From positions 3,629 to 67,628 of the forward strand of contig CAZMZF010000011.1 of the NCBI GenBank assembly GCA_964570765.1: 64,000 bases of DNA, read 5' to 3'. Position numbers and translations under genes: made by a program. The notes beneath the pieces were generated by a model, which searched no databases, had not been told where the DNA came from, and saw only the letters and a program-made list of their open reading frames with translations. This document shows positions 10,080 through 18,674 of the stretch, in pieces; the stretch's first letter is position 1, and each line of letters starts with the position of its first letter. The stretch comes from an uncultured Ignavibacteria bacterium (lineage in GTDB: Bacteria > Zixibacteria > MSB-5A5 > RBG-16-43-9).

Positions 10080-10571
10080 TTGATAAAAATTCCAGAAGGG
10101 GTGGATTTTAAAGATATTCCATTGGAGGAGAAATATAAAAGCGCAACCACCGGACTTTTACAAAGAGTTCATACTATTTATAAAGGGATTTATAAAAATT
10201 TTGGTCAGCAGGGATTAGACCTGATTAGAGAAGTAAGCGAAACCTACGGAAAGGAGATTGCGGAAAGGGGCAGGAAGAGGGTTAAACCGGGTGATGTGAA
10301 ATCCGCAGGGCTTTTTCTCATGCGGGTTTTTGATATGATTAACTGCGAGGGGGAGGTAACAGAATTTTCAGACGACAAAGTGGTCATTCGCCTTTTCAAA
10401 TGTCCCTACCCTTTTGACGACCCCAAAATATGCGAAGCGCATACCACAATGGAAAAGGCCCTAATAGAATCCTTAGGTGAAAACTTCTCTTATCACATCG
10501 CAGAATCTATTCCCGCAGGTGGCAGATTCTGCGAACATGTGATTAGCTTAAAAAGTAGGGACAGAACATAG
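10080..10571 (+). CDS. Hypothetical protein (probable TTG start)
   Basis: A 163-aa ORF with several Cys/His residues ('KCPYPFDDPKICEAH') and no confident family assignment. A terminator follows it. Confidence 0.4.
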   Translation: MIKIPEGVDFKDIPLEEKYKSATTGLLQRVHTIYKGIYKNFGQQGLDLIREVSETYGKEIAERGRKRVKPGDVKSAGLFLMRVFDMINCEGEVTEFSDDKVVIRLFKCPYPFDDPKICEAHTTMEKALIESLGENFSYHIAESIPAGGRFCEHVISLKSRDRT

Positions 10572-10592
10572 TTCTGTCCTGTTTTATTTTTT
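10558..10592 (+). terminator. Rho-independent terminator
   Basis: Hairpin 'gggacagaacatagttctgtcc' followed by 'tgttttatttttt'. Confidence 0.7.
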
Positions 10593-10600
10593 AGTGTAAA

Positions 10601-10735
10601 AAACGTACAGTCGGGCTTTATGCCCGACGGGTGGCTGGTCGTAGGGCGAACCTTTCAGGTTCGCAATGCGAGGCTCAAAGCCTCGCGCTACGAAATTCAG
10701 AAAGCGGGAGGGGACAAGCCCCTCCCCTACGAAAA
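10601..10735. repeat. Tandem array of four GC-rich hairpins
   Basis: The four hairpins are 'gtcgggctttatgcccgac', 'ggcgaacctttcaggttcgc', 'gcgaggctcaaagcctcgc' and 'ggaggggacaagcccctcc'. The first resembles 'atcgggttttatgcccgat' at 1222. Confidence 0.65.
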
Positions 10736-10807
10736 ATTTTTGTGGGGGCGTATTGTAATTACTTTTTTGTTTTACATTTATACCATTTCCCCCGTAATAA
10801 CAAAAAT

Positions 10808-11551
10808 ATGATCGACACCATAACTTTCGACCTCTGGAATACTCTGATATATTTCTCGCCTGAAGACAATCTCAAATTTAAAAATAAAAGAGTTGAGGGA
10901 TTTATCGAAGTTCTAAAAAATATCGGGGTTAATTTGTCCAGAGAAGAGATGGAGAAAGCCTATGATGAGAGTTCCGAGAGATATAAGCCTATCCGGGAAA
11001 GAGAAGAGGATATCTCTACCCGGGAACAGGTTCAGATAATCTTAGACTGTTTAGGGACTCCTGGTTTTAAAGAATTTGATGAAGAGGTTTTGAATAAATT
11101 AGAGGAGGTTTTAGCAAATCCGATACTTTCAGAATTACCATCCCTGACCGAAGGGTGTGAGGAGATATTAAGTTATTTAGATAGAAAAAATTATAAGATA
11201 GGTCTTATCTGTAATACCGGCAGGACGCCAGGAAAAGTTTTAAGGGAAGTGCTTAAGAGAAGAAATATATTTCAATATTTCAAAGTTATAACTTTCTCGG
11301 ATGAATTAAGGATACGCAAACCGAATCCTGAAATCTTTTTTTCTACACTGGAATCACTTGATAGTTCCCCAGCCTCTTCTTTACACATAGGAGATTTACT
11401 GGAATCTGATATTTTAGGAGCTAAAAGATGCGGGATGATAACGGGCTGGCTTTGCCCGGACCGGGATGGATGCCAGATAGATTTTCTGCCTGAGCAAAGA
11501 CCAGATTTCATTTTGCCTAATCTGACTTCTCTTAAAAAAATTTTAATGTAG
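10808..11551 (+). CDS. HAD-superfamily hydrolase
   Basis: HAD motif I 'FDLWNTL' lies near the N-terminus and a C-terminal 'HIGDLLESDILGA' is motif IV-like. The annotated ORF extends upstream to 10631 through the repeat array, which is probably not translated. Confidence 0.75.
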   Translation: MIDTITFDLWNTLIYFSPEDNLKFKNKRVEGFIEVLKNIGVNLSREEMEKAYDESSERYKPIREREEDISTREQVQIILDCLGTPGFKEFDEEVLNKLEEVLANPILSELPSLTEGCEEILSYLDRKNYKIGLICNTGRTPGKVLREVLKRRNIFQYFKVITFSDELRIRKPNPEIFFSTLESLDSSPASSLHIGDLLESDILGAKRCGMITGWLCPDRDGCQIDFLPEQRPDFILPNLTSLKKILM

Positions 11552-11654
11552 ATAGAGTCTAATTCCTCAAGAAGTATAACCTAATATATTAATTCTGCCG
11601 ATATATTTTATGCGAATATAACTTTAAGGGGGATAGAGGTCTTGGATTATTTTC

Positions 11655-11683
11655 TTGACAGCATCAAGAAAAACTTTATATTA
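11655..11683 (+). promoter_or_regulatory. Sigma70-like promoter for pfk (TTGACA-N16-TATATT)
   Basis: Read directly: 'ttgaca' at 11655-11660 and 'tatatt' at 11677-11682, about 30 nt upstream of the RBS and ATG at 11711. Confidence 0.5.
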
Positions 11684-11710
11684 AAAAACTCTGAAACGAG
11701 GTGAGTTAGA

Positions 11711-12763
11711 ATGAAAATCGGTATTTTAACTGGTGGAGGGGATTGTCCGGGGCTCAATGCAGTTATCCGGGCAGTGGTGAGAAAGTCAATCCTTTTTTAT
11801 AATTCAAGAGTAATCGGGATACTGGAGGGATGGAGAGGTCTTTTAGAGGAGGGATTAACTGAAGACTTAGACTTAAACCAGGTTTCAGGTATTCTGCATC
11901 GCGGTGGGACCATTATCAAAACCTCTCGTACAAATCCTTATAAAGTTGAAGATGGGGAAAGAAGGGTTATAGAGAATAAAAGGAAAATGGGGCTGGATGC
12001 AATTGTAGCAGTAGGGGGAGAGGATACCTTAGGAGTTGCCGCCAAGCTTTATCAGGCAGGGGTGAAGATTGTCGGGGTTCCCAAGACTATAGATAATGAC
12101 CTGGCAATGACAGATTATACTTTTGGATTTGATACTGCAGTGAACATTGCTATGGAGGCTATTGATCGGGTACATACTACTGCAGAATCGCATAACCGGG
12201 TAATGGTGGTTGAGGTTATGGGCAGACATACCGGCTGGATAGCCATTGAGTCCGGTATTGCCGGAGGCGCAGATATTATTCTGATTCCGGAAAAACCGAT
12301 GAATTTAGATAAAGTCTGTGAGAGTATCCGGAAGAGGCATGCGCGGGGTAAAGATTTCAGCATCGTGGTAGTAGCTGAGGGAGCCAGGATAGCTTTAGGG
12401 GAGGAGGATCAAAAGAAAGAAACTTTCATTGTGCAGGACGAGTGTAAGGATGCCTTTGGTCATGTGAGATTGGGAGGAATCGGGAAGATTTTAGCCACCG
12501 AGATAGAGAAGAGAACCGGTTTTGAGAGCAGATTCGTGATCTTAGGTCATATCCAGAGAGGTGGTACGCCCACAGCTTTCGATAGGGTTTTAGGGACCCG
12601 TTTTGGAATAGCGGCCGTAGATTTAGTCCATCAGGGAAGATTCGGAAAGATGGTTAGTTTGCAGGGTAATAAAATTATCCCTGTGGATCTTAAAGAAGCA
12701 GTTGCCAGCACCAAATATGTGGATGAGGAGCTTTATAATATTGCAGATATTTTCTCAGCTTAA
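11711..12763 (+). CDS. pfp: 6-phosphofructokinase, pyrophosphate-dependent type by signature
   Basis: 'GGGDCPGLNAVIRA' is the PFK fold. The residues that fix phosphoryl-donor specificity read 'GGEDTLG' and 'PKTIDND' (E. coli ATP-PFK has GGDGS and PGTIDND), and the Asp and Lys substitutions are the established PPi-PFK determinants. Confidence 0.85.
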   Translation: MKIGILTGGGDCPGLNAVIRAVVRKSILFYNSRVIGILEGWRGLLEEGLTEDLDLNQVSGILHRGGTIIKTSRTNPYKVEDGERRVIENKRKMGLDAIVAVGGEDTLGVAAKLYQAGVKIVGVPKTIDNDLAMTDYTFGFDTAVNIAMEAIDRVHTTAESHNRVMVVEVMGRHTGWIAIESGIAGGADIILIPEKPMNLDKVCESIRKRHARGKDFSIVVVAEGARIALGEEDQKKETFIVQDECKDAFGHVRLGGIGKILATEIEKRTGFESRFVILGHIQRGGTPTAFDRVLGTRFGIAAVDLVHQGRFGKMVSLQGNKIIPVDLKEAVASTKYVDEELYNIADIFSA

Positions 12764-12802
12764 ACCCATAATCCACTTTTTAGACGTATAAAGTTTATAA
12801 AG

Positions 12803-13474
12803 ATGAAAAATTTATTATTCAGGATAGTTTTTTTATCACTTATAACCTTTTTCACAGGTTTGCTCTGGGCTGAGTTCAGTTGGGGAGTTGATCTCAGCTC
12901 TAAAGATTTGATTGGTTTTAGAGGGGGAGTCTGGAAAGTTGAAAAGGCTAAGGAATTGCCCTCAACCATTGAGGCAAAAACTTACACCCCCTATATTGAG
13001 CTTTTTATTTCCCACGGGATAAGAAAAGGTTTTTCCTTAGAATTTGACTTTGGAGCAGGTAACCGGGGGGATACTAAATTTATAATTCCAGAGGGATCTT
13101 ACTGGGAAAACTGGAATTTATACCCCATCTCCGGAAAGGTCAAATACTCCTTCTTGTCAATTTACCCCCATAAGATTTATCAACCCTATTTTGATTTAGG
13201 TGTAACCTTTTTAACCAGCACCAGCACTTATAATGACCCCTATTATCTGGATGTTACCTATGTAAATACAAAAACTACCTTGGGAGCTTTAGCCGGGTGG
13301 GGTTTGGATATTAACCTCTCTTCAAGGATATTATTTAACCTCGATTTTCAATATCGCTGGGTAAGTTTCAATAAGGAGGTTGCCGGGATTAAAAATTATA
13401 GCGGTCCCCAGTTGACTTTTGGCTTGGAATATATTATTAAACATAAAAAAGAAAAAGGTATCAATAAGCCTTAA
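12803..13474 (+). CDS. Hypothetical secreted/outer-membrane beta-barrel protein
   Basis: It has a signal peptide and alternating aromatic/hydrophobic beta-strand patterning, but no named family. Confidence 0.4.
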   Translation: MKNLLFRIVFLSLITFFTGLLWAEFSWGVDLSSKDLIGFRGGVWKVEKAKELPSTIEAKTYTPYIELFISHGIRKGFSLEFDFGAGNRGDTKFIIPEGSYWENWNLYPISGKVKYSFLSIYPHKIYQPYFDLGVTFLTSTSTYNDPYYLDVTYVNTKTTLGALAGWGLDINLSSRILFNLDFQYRWVSFNKEVAGIKNYSGPQLTFGLEYIIKHKKEKGINKP

Positions 13475-13486
13475 GGAGGAAAAGAC

Positions 13487-14494
13487 ATGTCTATAAAAAT
13501 TGGTATCAACGGATTTGGCAGGATCGGGAGGCTGGTTTACCGGGCAGGTTATCAAAATCCCAATCTTGAGTTTGTAGCTACCAACGATGTGACTGATGCA
13601 AAAACCTTAGCTCATCTTTTAAAATATGATTCAGTGCACGGAAAGATGAATGCTGAGATAAAAGTAGAGGGGAACAAGATAATAGTAAATGGTAAAAGCT
13701 TGGAAGTTTATAGCGAGAAAGACCCGTCAACCCTTCCCTGGAGCAAATTGGGAGTGTCGATCGTGGTGGAATCAACTGGTAAATTCACCGATGGTAAGTC
13801 CGCGATGAAACATATCGAAGCTGGTGCTAAAAAGGTTTTAATCTCATCTCCGGCTAAAAAATCTGACGTCCCGGTTCAAACAATTGTTTTAGGTGTAAAT
13901 GATGACAAATTCGACCCGAAGAAATTCCAGATCTTTACTATTGGCTCCTGCACCACCAACTGTCTGGCACCGGTTGCCAAGGTTATCAATGACAACTTTG
14001 GTATAAAGTATGGCTTTATGACCACTATCCACGCCTATACCAATGACCAGCGGATATTAGATACCCCTCATAAGGATTTAAGAAGGGCCAGGGCAGCCGC
14101 TGTGTCTATGATCCCTACTACTACGGGAGCGGCTAAGGCACTTTCTTTGGTCCTGCCGGAATTAGAAGGAAAATTGGATGGGGTAGCAGTCAGGGTCCCG
14201 GTGTGCAACGGCTCCTTAGTAGATCTGGTCTGTGAAACTGAAAAAGAGGTGAGTGTGGAAAGTGTTAATACTGCATTTAAAAAGGCGTCAGAAGGGAAGA
14301 TGAAAAAGTATATCGAGTATTGTGAGGACCCGATTGTCTCCTGCGACGTGATAGGAAATCCTCATTCATCCATCTTCGATGTGGCCTCTACTATGGTCAA
14401 GGGGAAAAATCTTTTGAAGGTCTTTGCCTGGTATGATAACGAATGGGGATTCTCCTTGAGGATGATTGAGATGATGGAGTTGATGGGGGAATAA
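13487..14494 (+). CDS. gap: Glyceraldehyde-3-phosphate dehydrogenase
   Basis: Starts with 'MSIKIGINGFGRIGR' and carries the 'SCTTNCLAP' active site. Confidence 0.95.
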   Translation: MSIKIGINGFGRIGRLVYRAGYQNPNLEFVATNDVTDAKTLAHLLKYDSVHGKMNAEIKVEGNKIIVNGKSLEVYSEKDPSTLPWSKLGVSIVVESTGKFTDGKSAMKHIEAGAKKVLISSPAKKSDVPVQTIVLGVNDDKFDPKKFQIFTIGSCTTNCLAPVAKVINDNFGIKYGFMTTIHAYTNDQRILDTPHKDLRRARAAAVSMIPTTTGAAKALSLVLPELEGKLDGVAVRVPVCNGSLVDLVCETEKEVSVESVNTAFKKASEGKMKKYIEYCEDPIVSCDVIGNPHSSIFDVASTMVKGKNLLKVFAWYDNEWGFSLRMIEMMELMGE

Positions 14495-14592
14495 AAAGAA
14501 AGGTTCAATCCGCCACAGGTGGATAAAGGTTTAAAGGTTCAAGGGAGAAAATAAAGGAAAAGAAAAAAAATATAAGAAGAGGGTGAATAGAT

Positions 14593-15789
14593 ATGAATAA
14601 ATTGACCATAGATGATCTGAAGATGAAAGATAAAAGGGTCCTGGTCAGAGTTGATTTCAATGTGCCTTTGAATGAGAAAAAAGAGGTAGCAGATGATACC
14701 CGTATCGTGGAATCTTTGCCCACGATCAAAAAAATCTTAAATGATGGCGGAAAAGCTATCCTGATGTCCCATTTAGGCAGACCTAAGGGGAAAGACCCTA
14801 ATTTGAGTTTGGCTCCAGTAGCTAAGAGATTGGAGAAGCTTTTAGGCAAACCGGTTAAATTTGTGGATGATTGTATTGGTGAGAAAGTGGAAAAAGCTGT
14901 TTCAGAGCTTAAGAGCTCTGAATGTCTGCTCCTGGAAAATCTGAGGTTTTATCCTCAGGAGGAGAAAAATGATCCGGAATTTGCCAAGAGCTTAGCTAAA
15001 TTAGGTGAGGTTTATATTAATGATGCTTTTGGCACTGCTCACCGTGCTCATGCCTCAACTGAAGGGGTAACTAAATATATTAAAGAATGCGCGGCTGGAT
15101 ATCTTATGCAAAAAGAGCTTAAATATCTGGGTATGGCATTAACCCAGCCCAAAAGACCCTTTATAGCTATCTTAGGAGGGGCAAAGATCTCTGGCAAAAT
15201 AGATGTTATTAAAAACCTTCTGGATAAGGTAGATACCATTTTAATTGGTGGTGGCATGGCTTTCACTTTCTATAAAGCCTTAGGGAAAGAGGTGGGCTCT
15301 TCCCTTTTAGAAGGGGACAAAGTAGAATTAGCCAAGGAGATCTTAGAAGAAGCAGAAAAAAAGAAGGTCGATTTAGAGCTTCCAGATGATTTCATAATTG
15401 CACCTGAAGCTAAGGAGGATACCTCCACCCGGGTGGTGGATAAAGACAATATCCCTGCTGGCTGGAAAGGGTTAGATATAGGTCCTGAAACTCTAAAACT
15501 TTTCAAGGAAAAGATTGAAAATGCCAAAACCGTTGTCTGGAACGGGCCAATGGGTGTTTTTGAAGTGGATAAATTTTCTAAAGGAACCATAGGAATTGCT
15601 GACCAGCTTGCCCGGATAACCAAGAAAGGTGCGACCACAATTGTGGGTGGTGGGGATTCAGTTGCGGCTTTAGCCAGGGTAAATTTAGAAAAGAAGATGA
15701 CTCACGTCTCCACTGGTGGAGGAGCTTCTTTAGAATTCTTAGAGGGAAAGACTCTACCAGGAGTGGCGGCTTTAACTGATAAAAAGTAA
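14593..15789 (+). CDS. pgk: Phosphoglycerate kinase
   Basis: 398 aa with typical PGK motifs ('ILMSHLGRP', 'GGGDS'). Confidence 0.95.
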   Translation: MNKLTIDDLKMKDKRVLVRVDFNVPLNEKKEVADDTRIVESLPTIKKILNDGGKAILMSHLGRPKGKDPNLSLAPVAKRLEKLLGKPVKFVDDCIGEKVEKAVSELKSSECLLLENLRFYPQEEKNDPEFAKSLAKLGEVYINDAFGTAHRAHASTEGVTKYIKECAAGYLMQKELKYLGMALTQPKRPFIAILGGAKISGKIDVIKNLLDKVDTILIGGGMAFTFYKALGKEVGSSLLEGDKVELAKEILEEAEKKKVDLELPDDFIIAPEAKEDTSTRVVDKDNIPAGWKGLDIGPETLKLFKEKIENAKTVVWNGPMGVFEVDKFSKGTIGIADQLARITKKGATTIVGGGDSVAALARVNLEKKMTHVSTGGGASLEFLEGKTLPGVAALTDKK

Positions 15790-15911
15790 ACTATATTCTT
15801 TGTCCGGGAAATGGATCCACAGGAGAGGAGAAAAAAAAGAAATTGAACGAAAAAAACAATCAAAAATCCGAGTCTGGATTTAAGGGACCTAACAATCGCC
15901 ATAATTCAGGG

Positions 15912-16685
15912 ATGAATAAGAAAACCAGACCTCTTTTAATCGCCGGGAACTGGAAGATGTTCAAAGACCATAAGGAAGGTTTCGCTTTGGCTTTTGCTCT
16001 CAAGGAAAGATTAGCTGATATATCCACCATCCAGGTGGTCTTATGTCCACCGTTCACCTCTTTACAAGCAGTATCCTCAGCCATAGAAGGCTCCGCTTTC
16101 TTTTTAGGTGCTCAAAATGTTCACTGGGAAAAGGAGGGTGCTTTTACCGGAGAGATATCCTCTCAGATGCTTTTATCTTTAGGCTGTAAATATGTTATAA
16201 TTGGTCATTCGGAAAGAAGACTTCTCTTTCATGAAAGTAACAAAATAGTCAACCTTAAGCTCAAAACTGCTTTAAAAGAAGGGCTAAACCCGATACTCTG
16301 TATTGGTGAGACCCTGCAGGAAAGGGAAAAGGGGAAAACCGAAGAGATAGTTGAGGAACAGCTCAAAGGAGCTTTTGAGGATTTGACTCCCGAGGATGTA
16401 GGGAAGATAGTTTTAGCTTATGAGCCGGTCTGGGCAATTGGCACAGGTAAGACCGCCACACCCAAGCAAGCCAACGATGTGCACCTTTTCATCCGTAGAA
16501 AACTTGAGGAAAGATATGGTCAGGAGATAGCCGGTAATATGAGAATACTCTATGGTGGCTCGGTAAAACCGGAGAATGCTAAAGACCTTTTAAAGGAACA
16601 AGAGATGGATGGTGCCCTGGTCGGGGGTGCAAGTTTAGATCTGGATTCTTTTGAGAAGATCGTAAGAAGTGGTTTAGATTTGTAG
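15912..16685 (+). CDS. tpiA: Triosephosphate isomerase
   Basis: Contains 'LIAGNWKM', 'IIGHSERR' and 'AYEPVWAIGTG'. The start is placed at the internal ATG at 15912, because the annotated ORF carries an implausible 23-aa N-terminal extension. Confidence 0.9.
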   Translation: MNKKTRPLLIAGNWKMFKDHKEGFALAFALKERLADISTIQVVLCPPFTSLQAVSSAIEGSAFFLGAQNVHWEKEGAFTGEISSQMLLSLGCKYVIIGHSERRLLFHESNKIVNLKLKTALKEGLNPILCIGETLQEREKGKTEEIVEEQLKGAFEDLTPEDVGKIVLAYEPVWAIGTGKTATPKQANDVHLFIRRKLEERYGQEIAGNMRILYGGSVKPENAKDLLKEQEMDGALVGGASLDLDSFEKIVRSGLDL

Positions 16686-16721
16686 CTTTCAATATTCATC
16701 TTTGGTTGAAAAGGAGGTATT

Positions 16722-17129
16722 TTGTACGCTTTTTTGATTCTTTTGCATGTGATTATATGTGCCGCTTTAATAATCACAGTCCTTTTACAGTCGAGCAAAG
16801 GAGAGGGATTAGCTGGTGCTTTTGGTGGCTCAGGGATTACCGGTGCGGTTTTTGGTGGAAGGGGTGCGGCTACATTTCTCTCTAAGGCTACTACAATTTT
16901 AGCGGTCGCCTTTTTTATTAGCTCCATCGCCTTGACTTTTATAACTCCCATTACTGGCACCAGGGGTGGTGGTGCAGGGAAAAGTGCAATTACCCAGGAG
17001 GCACAAAAAGAAAAAGGACAGGGCTCTTTGCCTGCAACCGGGATTCCAGGGACAACTCAGGAAACTCAGCCTCAATCGGACAAACCAGCTGAGCTACCTC
17101 CTCCGCCTCCAGAAGGTCAAGGGAAGTAG
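16722..17129 (+). CDS. secG: Preprotein translocase subunit SecG
   Basis: The N-terminal TM region plus 'LLQSSKGEGLAGAFGG' are typical of SecG, and it occupies the conserved gap-pgk-tpi-secG position. Confidence 0.85.
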   Translation: MYAFLILLHVIICAALIITVLLQSSKGEGLAGAFGGSGITGAVFGGRGAATFLSKATTILAVAFFISSIALTFITPITGTRGGGAGKSAITQEAQKEKGQGSLPATGIPGTTQETQPQSDKPAELPPPPPEGQGK

Positions 17130-17165
17130 TTTTTCTCATCTACTTAAAACTTAAGTGAAAGTTTT

Positions 17166-17248
17166 GCGGAAGTGGTGGAATTGGCAGACACGCTATCTTG
17201 AGGGGGTAGTGGGGTGACCCGTGGGGGTTCAAGTCCCCCCTTCCGCAG
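17166..17248 (+). tRNA. tRNA-Leu (anticodon GAG), long variable arm
   Basis: Hand-folded: acceptor 'gcggaag/cttccgc', D-arm 'gtgg..aattggcaga..cac', anticodon loop 'cttgagg' (GAG), a long variable arm, and T-arm 'ggggg ttcaagt ccccc'. Confidence 0.8.
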
Positions 17249-17311
17249 TTTTGTTATGGAGTGCATCCATTTGGATGCATTTTTTTATTAAAGTATTTTT
17301 AAGAGGAATTT

Positions 17312-17423
17312 TGGAGTGCGAGCCTTTCCTGTGATTCGCTTTTCCGACAAATTTGCTCAAAAAAGTAAAGCTGAAGTCTTCACCAGGATCCTGTGGACAA
17401 AACCTTGAGGCTTTACAATCCAG
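17312..17423. repeat. MITE-like element family A (GGAGTG termini)
   Basis: It begins 'tggagtgcgagccttt' and ends 'ggctttacaatccag'. It shares the core 'aaagctgaagtcttcaccaggatcctgtggacaa[ag]accttga' with the copy at 59745-59881. Confidence 0.75.
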
Positions 17424-18669
17424 TGTCTTTTTCTGTAATCTCTTTAGGACCGATGCGGGCAATTACCTCACTCAATCCCAAAATAAAAAACAGTATCATA
17501 TTATCAATCGCGGCCGTATAATAGCACTGAAATTGTGAGGCTAATAGATATGCGAATAGGGTTAAAATCCCGCCTAAGATTAGAGCTTTTTGGTAACCTT
17601 CCTTTTTCTCTTTATATCTACGGAGAAGGTTTTTCAATAAAATCACCCAGAGGAAAATAAAAGCTAAAAGTCCGATTATCCCGGCATTTACCGCTACATT
17701 TAAAAAGTCGTTATGCGCGTGACCGAAGATCTCAGAAGGTATCTTCAAATAACTCTTGTAAAACTCCTGAAAATTACCAAACCCTATCCCGAAGATGGGA
17801 TGATCTTTGAAGATATTAAAAGAGGTTGACCAGATAACTGACCTTATATCTGCCTGTTGTAAAGAACCGGCCTTAGCTGCCATAATCGACCTGCCCAATA
17901 TTCCTGGATCGATTAAATAGATGGCAATAAAGTAGCCAGTTACTGCTAAACCCTCTTTCAATTTGTGCCTGCTTTTCGAGAAGATAAAAAACAGGATAAA
18001 GGCAAAAATTTGTGCATAAAGAGTACTTCTGGTATAGCTGAACAGGTTTCCGGTTACACAAAGGGCTGAAACTGTAAAATAGAATATTTTCAAGGAGGTT
18101 TTTTTCGTATAAGATGCCAGGCAGAAGCTGACTATACCTATTACCATGGCATAGAAAGCATAAGTCAAAGACAGATCAAAGAAACCCGGGGAGCGGAACT
18201 TTCCATAAGGTAGAAGTTGGTCAAGGGGCTTGTGTCTTATCAGGTCTAACCCGGAATAATGTTGCCAGATAGCGTAAAGCGCTACAATCCCCGAGATCAG
18301 AAAAATCAGGTTAACTAATTTCCTTATGAAATTTTCGTCCTTAAGATTATTGATCAATAAAAATGGGATTACAAGCAGCCATTCATCCCTGAGACTAACA
18401 AGGCTTCGGACCGGATTCTGGGAGAAGATGATCGAAAGAAGATAAGCTCCTAAATAGACTAAAACCGGCAGTTCAAAAAAGGAGCTTTCCCAGTTAAAAC
18501 TTTTTTTAGAGATAATTCTCCAGAACCAGCCTAAAAGGGCAAAACAGAGTCCAGTTTGAGTTCCAGCTATAGAAAAGGGAGAAAAAAATACAAAGAGGAG
18601 AAGTCCAAAATTAACTAAAGCTTGAGGTGAGATAAATTTTTCTTTTTTATCAGAAGATATATCGAGCAT
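17413..18669 (-). CDS. O-antigen ligase family membrane protein (Wzy_C domain)
   Basis: A polytopic membrane protein with 'FGHAHNDFLNVAVNAGIIGLLAFIF', the O-antigen ligase/polymerase signature. Confidence 0.75.
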   Translation of the reverse strand: MLDISSDKKEKFISPQALVNFGLLLFVFFSPFSIAGTQTGLCFALLGWFWRIISKKSFNWESSFFELPVLVYLGAYLLSIIFSQNPVRSLVSLRDEWLLVIPFLLINNLKDENFIRKLVNLIFLISGIVALYAIWQHYSGLDLIRHKPLDQLLPYGKFRSPGFFDLSLTYAFYAMVIGIVSFCLASYTKKTSLKIFYFTVSALCVTGNLFSYTRSTLYAQIFAFILFFIFSKSRHKLKEGLAVTGYFIAIYLIDPGILGRSIMAAKAGSLQQADIRSVIWSTSFNIFKDHPIFGIGFGNFQEFYKSYLKIPSEIFGHAHNDFLNVAVNAGIIGLLAFIFLWVILLKNLLRRYKEKKEGYQKALILGGILTLFAYLLASQFQCYYTAAIDNMILFFILGLSEVIARIGPKEITEKDTGL

Positions 18670-18674
18670 TAGAT

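Noticed and set aside
10631-10807. Long N-terminal extension of the HAD hydrolase ORF (start at 10631)
   Set aside because: The extension reads through a tandem array of four GC-rich hairpin repeats and produces Arg/Gly/Ala-rich low-complexity sequence. The HAD motif I 'FDLWNTL' begins right after the internal ATG at 10808.
17130-17165. A second tRNA or other structured RNA between secG and the tRNA-Leu, and tmRNA/SRP/RNase P RNA elsewhere in the window
   Set aside because: Only the 17166-17248 sequence folds into a cloverleaf with conserved T-loop 'GTTCAAGT'. No other intergenic region shows tRNA-like T-arm or anticodon architecture or the conserved SRP/tmRNA motifs. The other structured non-coding DNA is explained by the repeat families.
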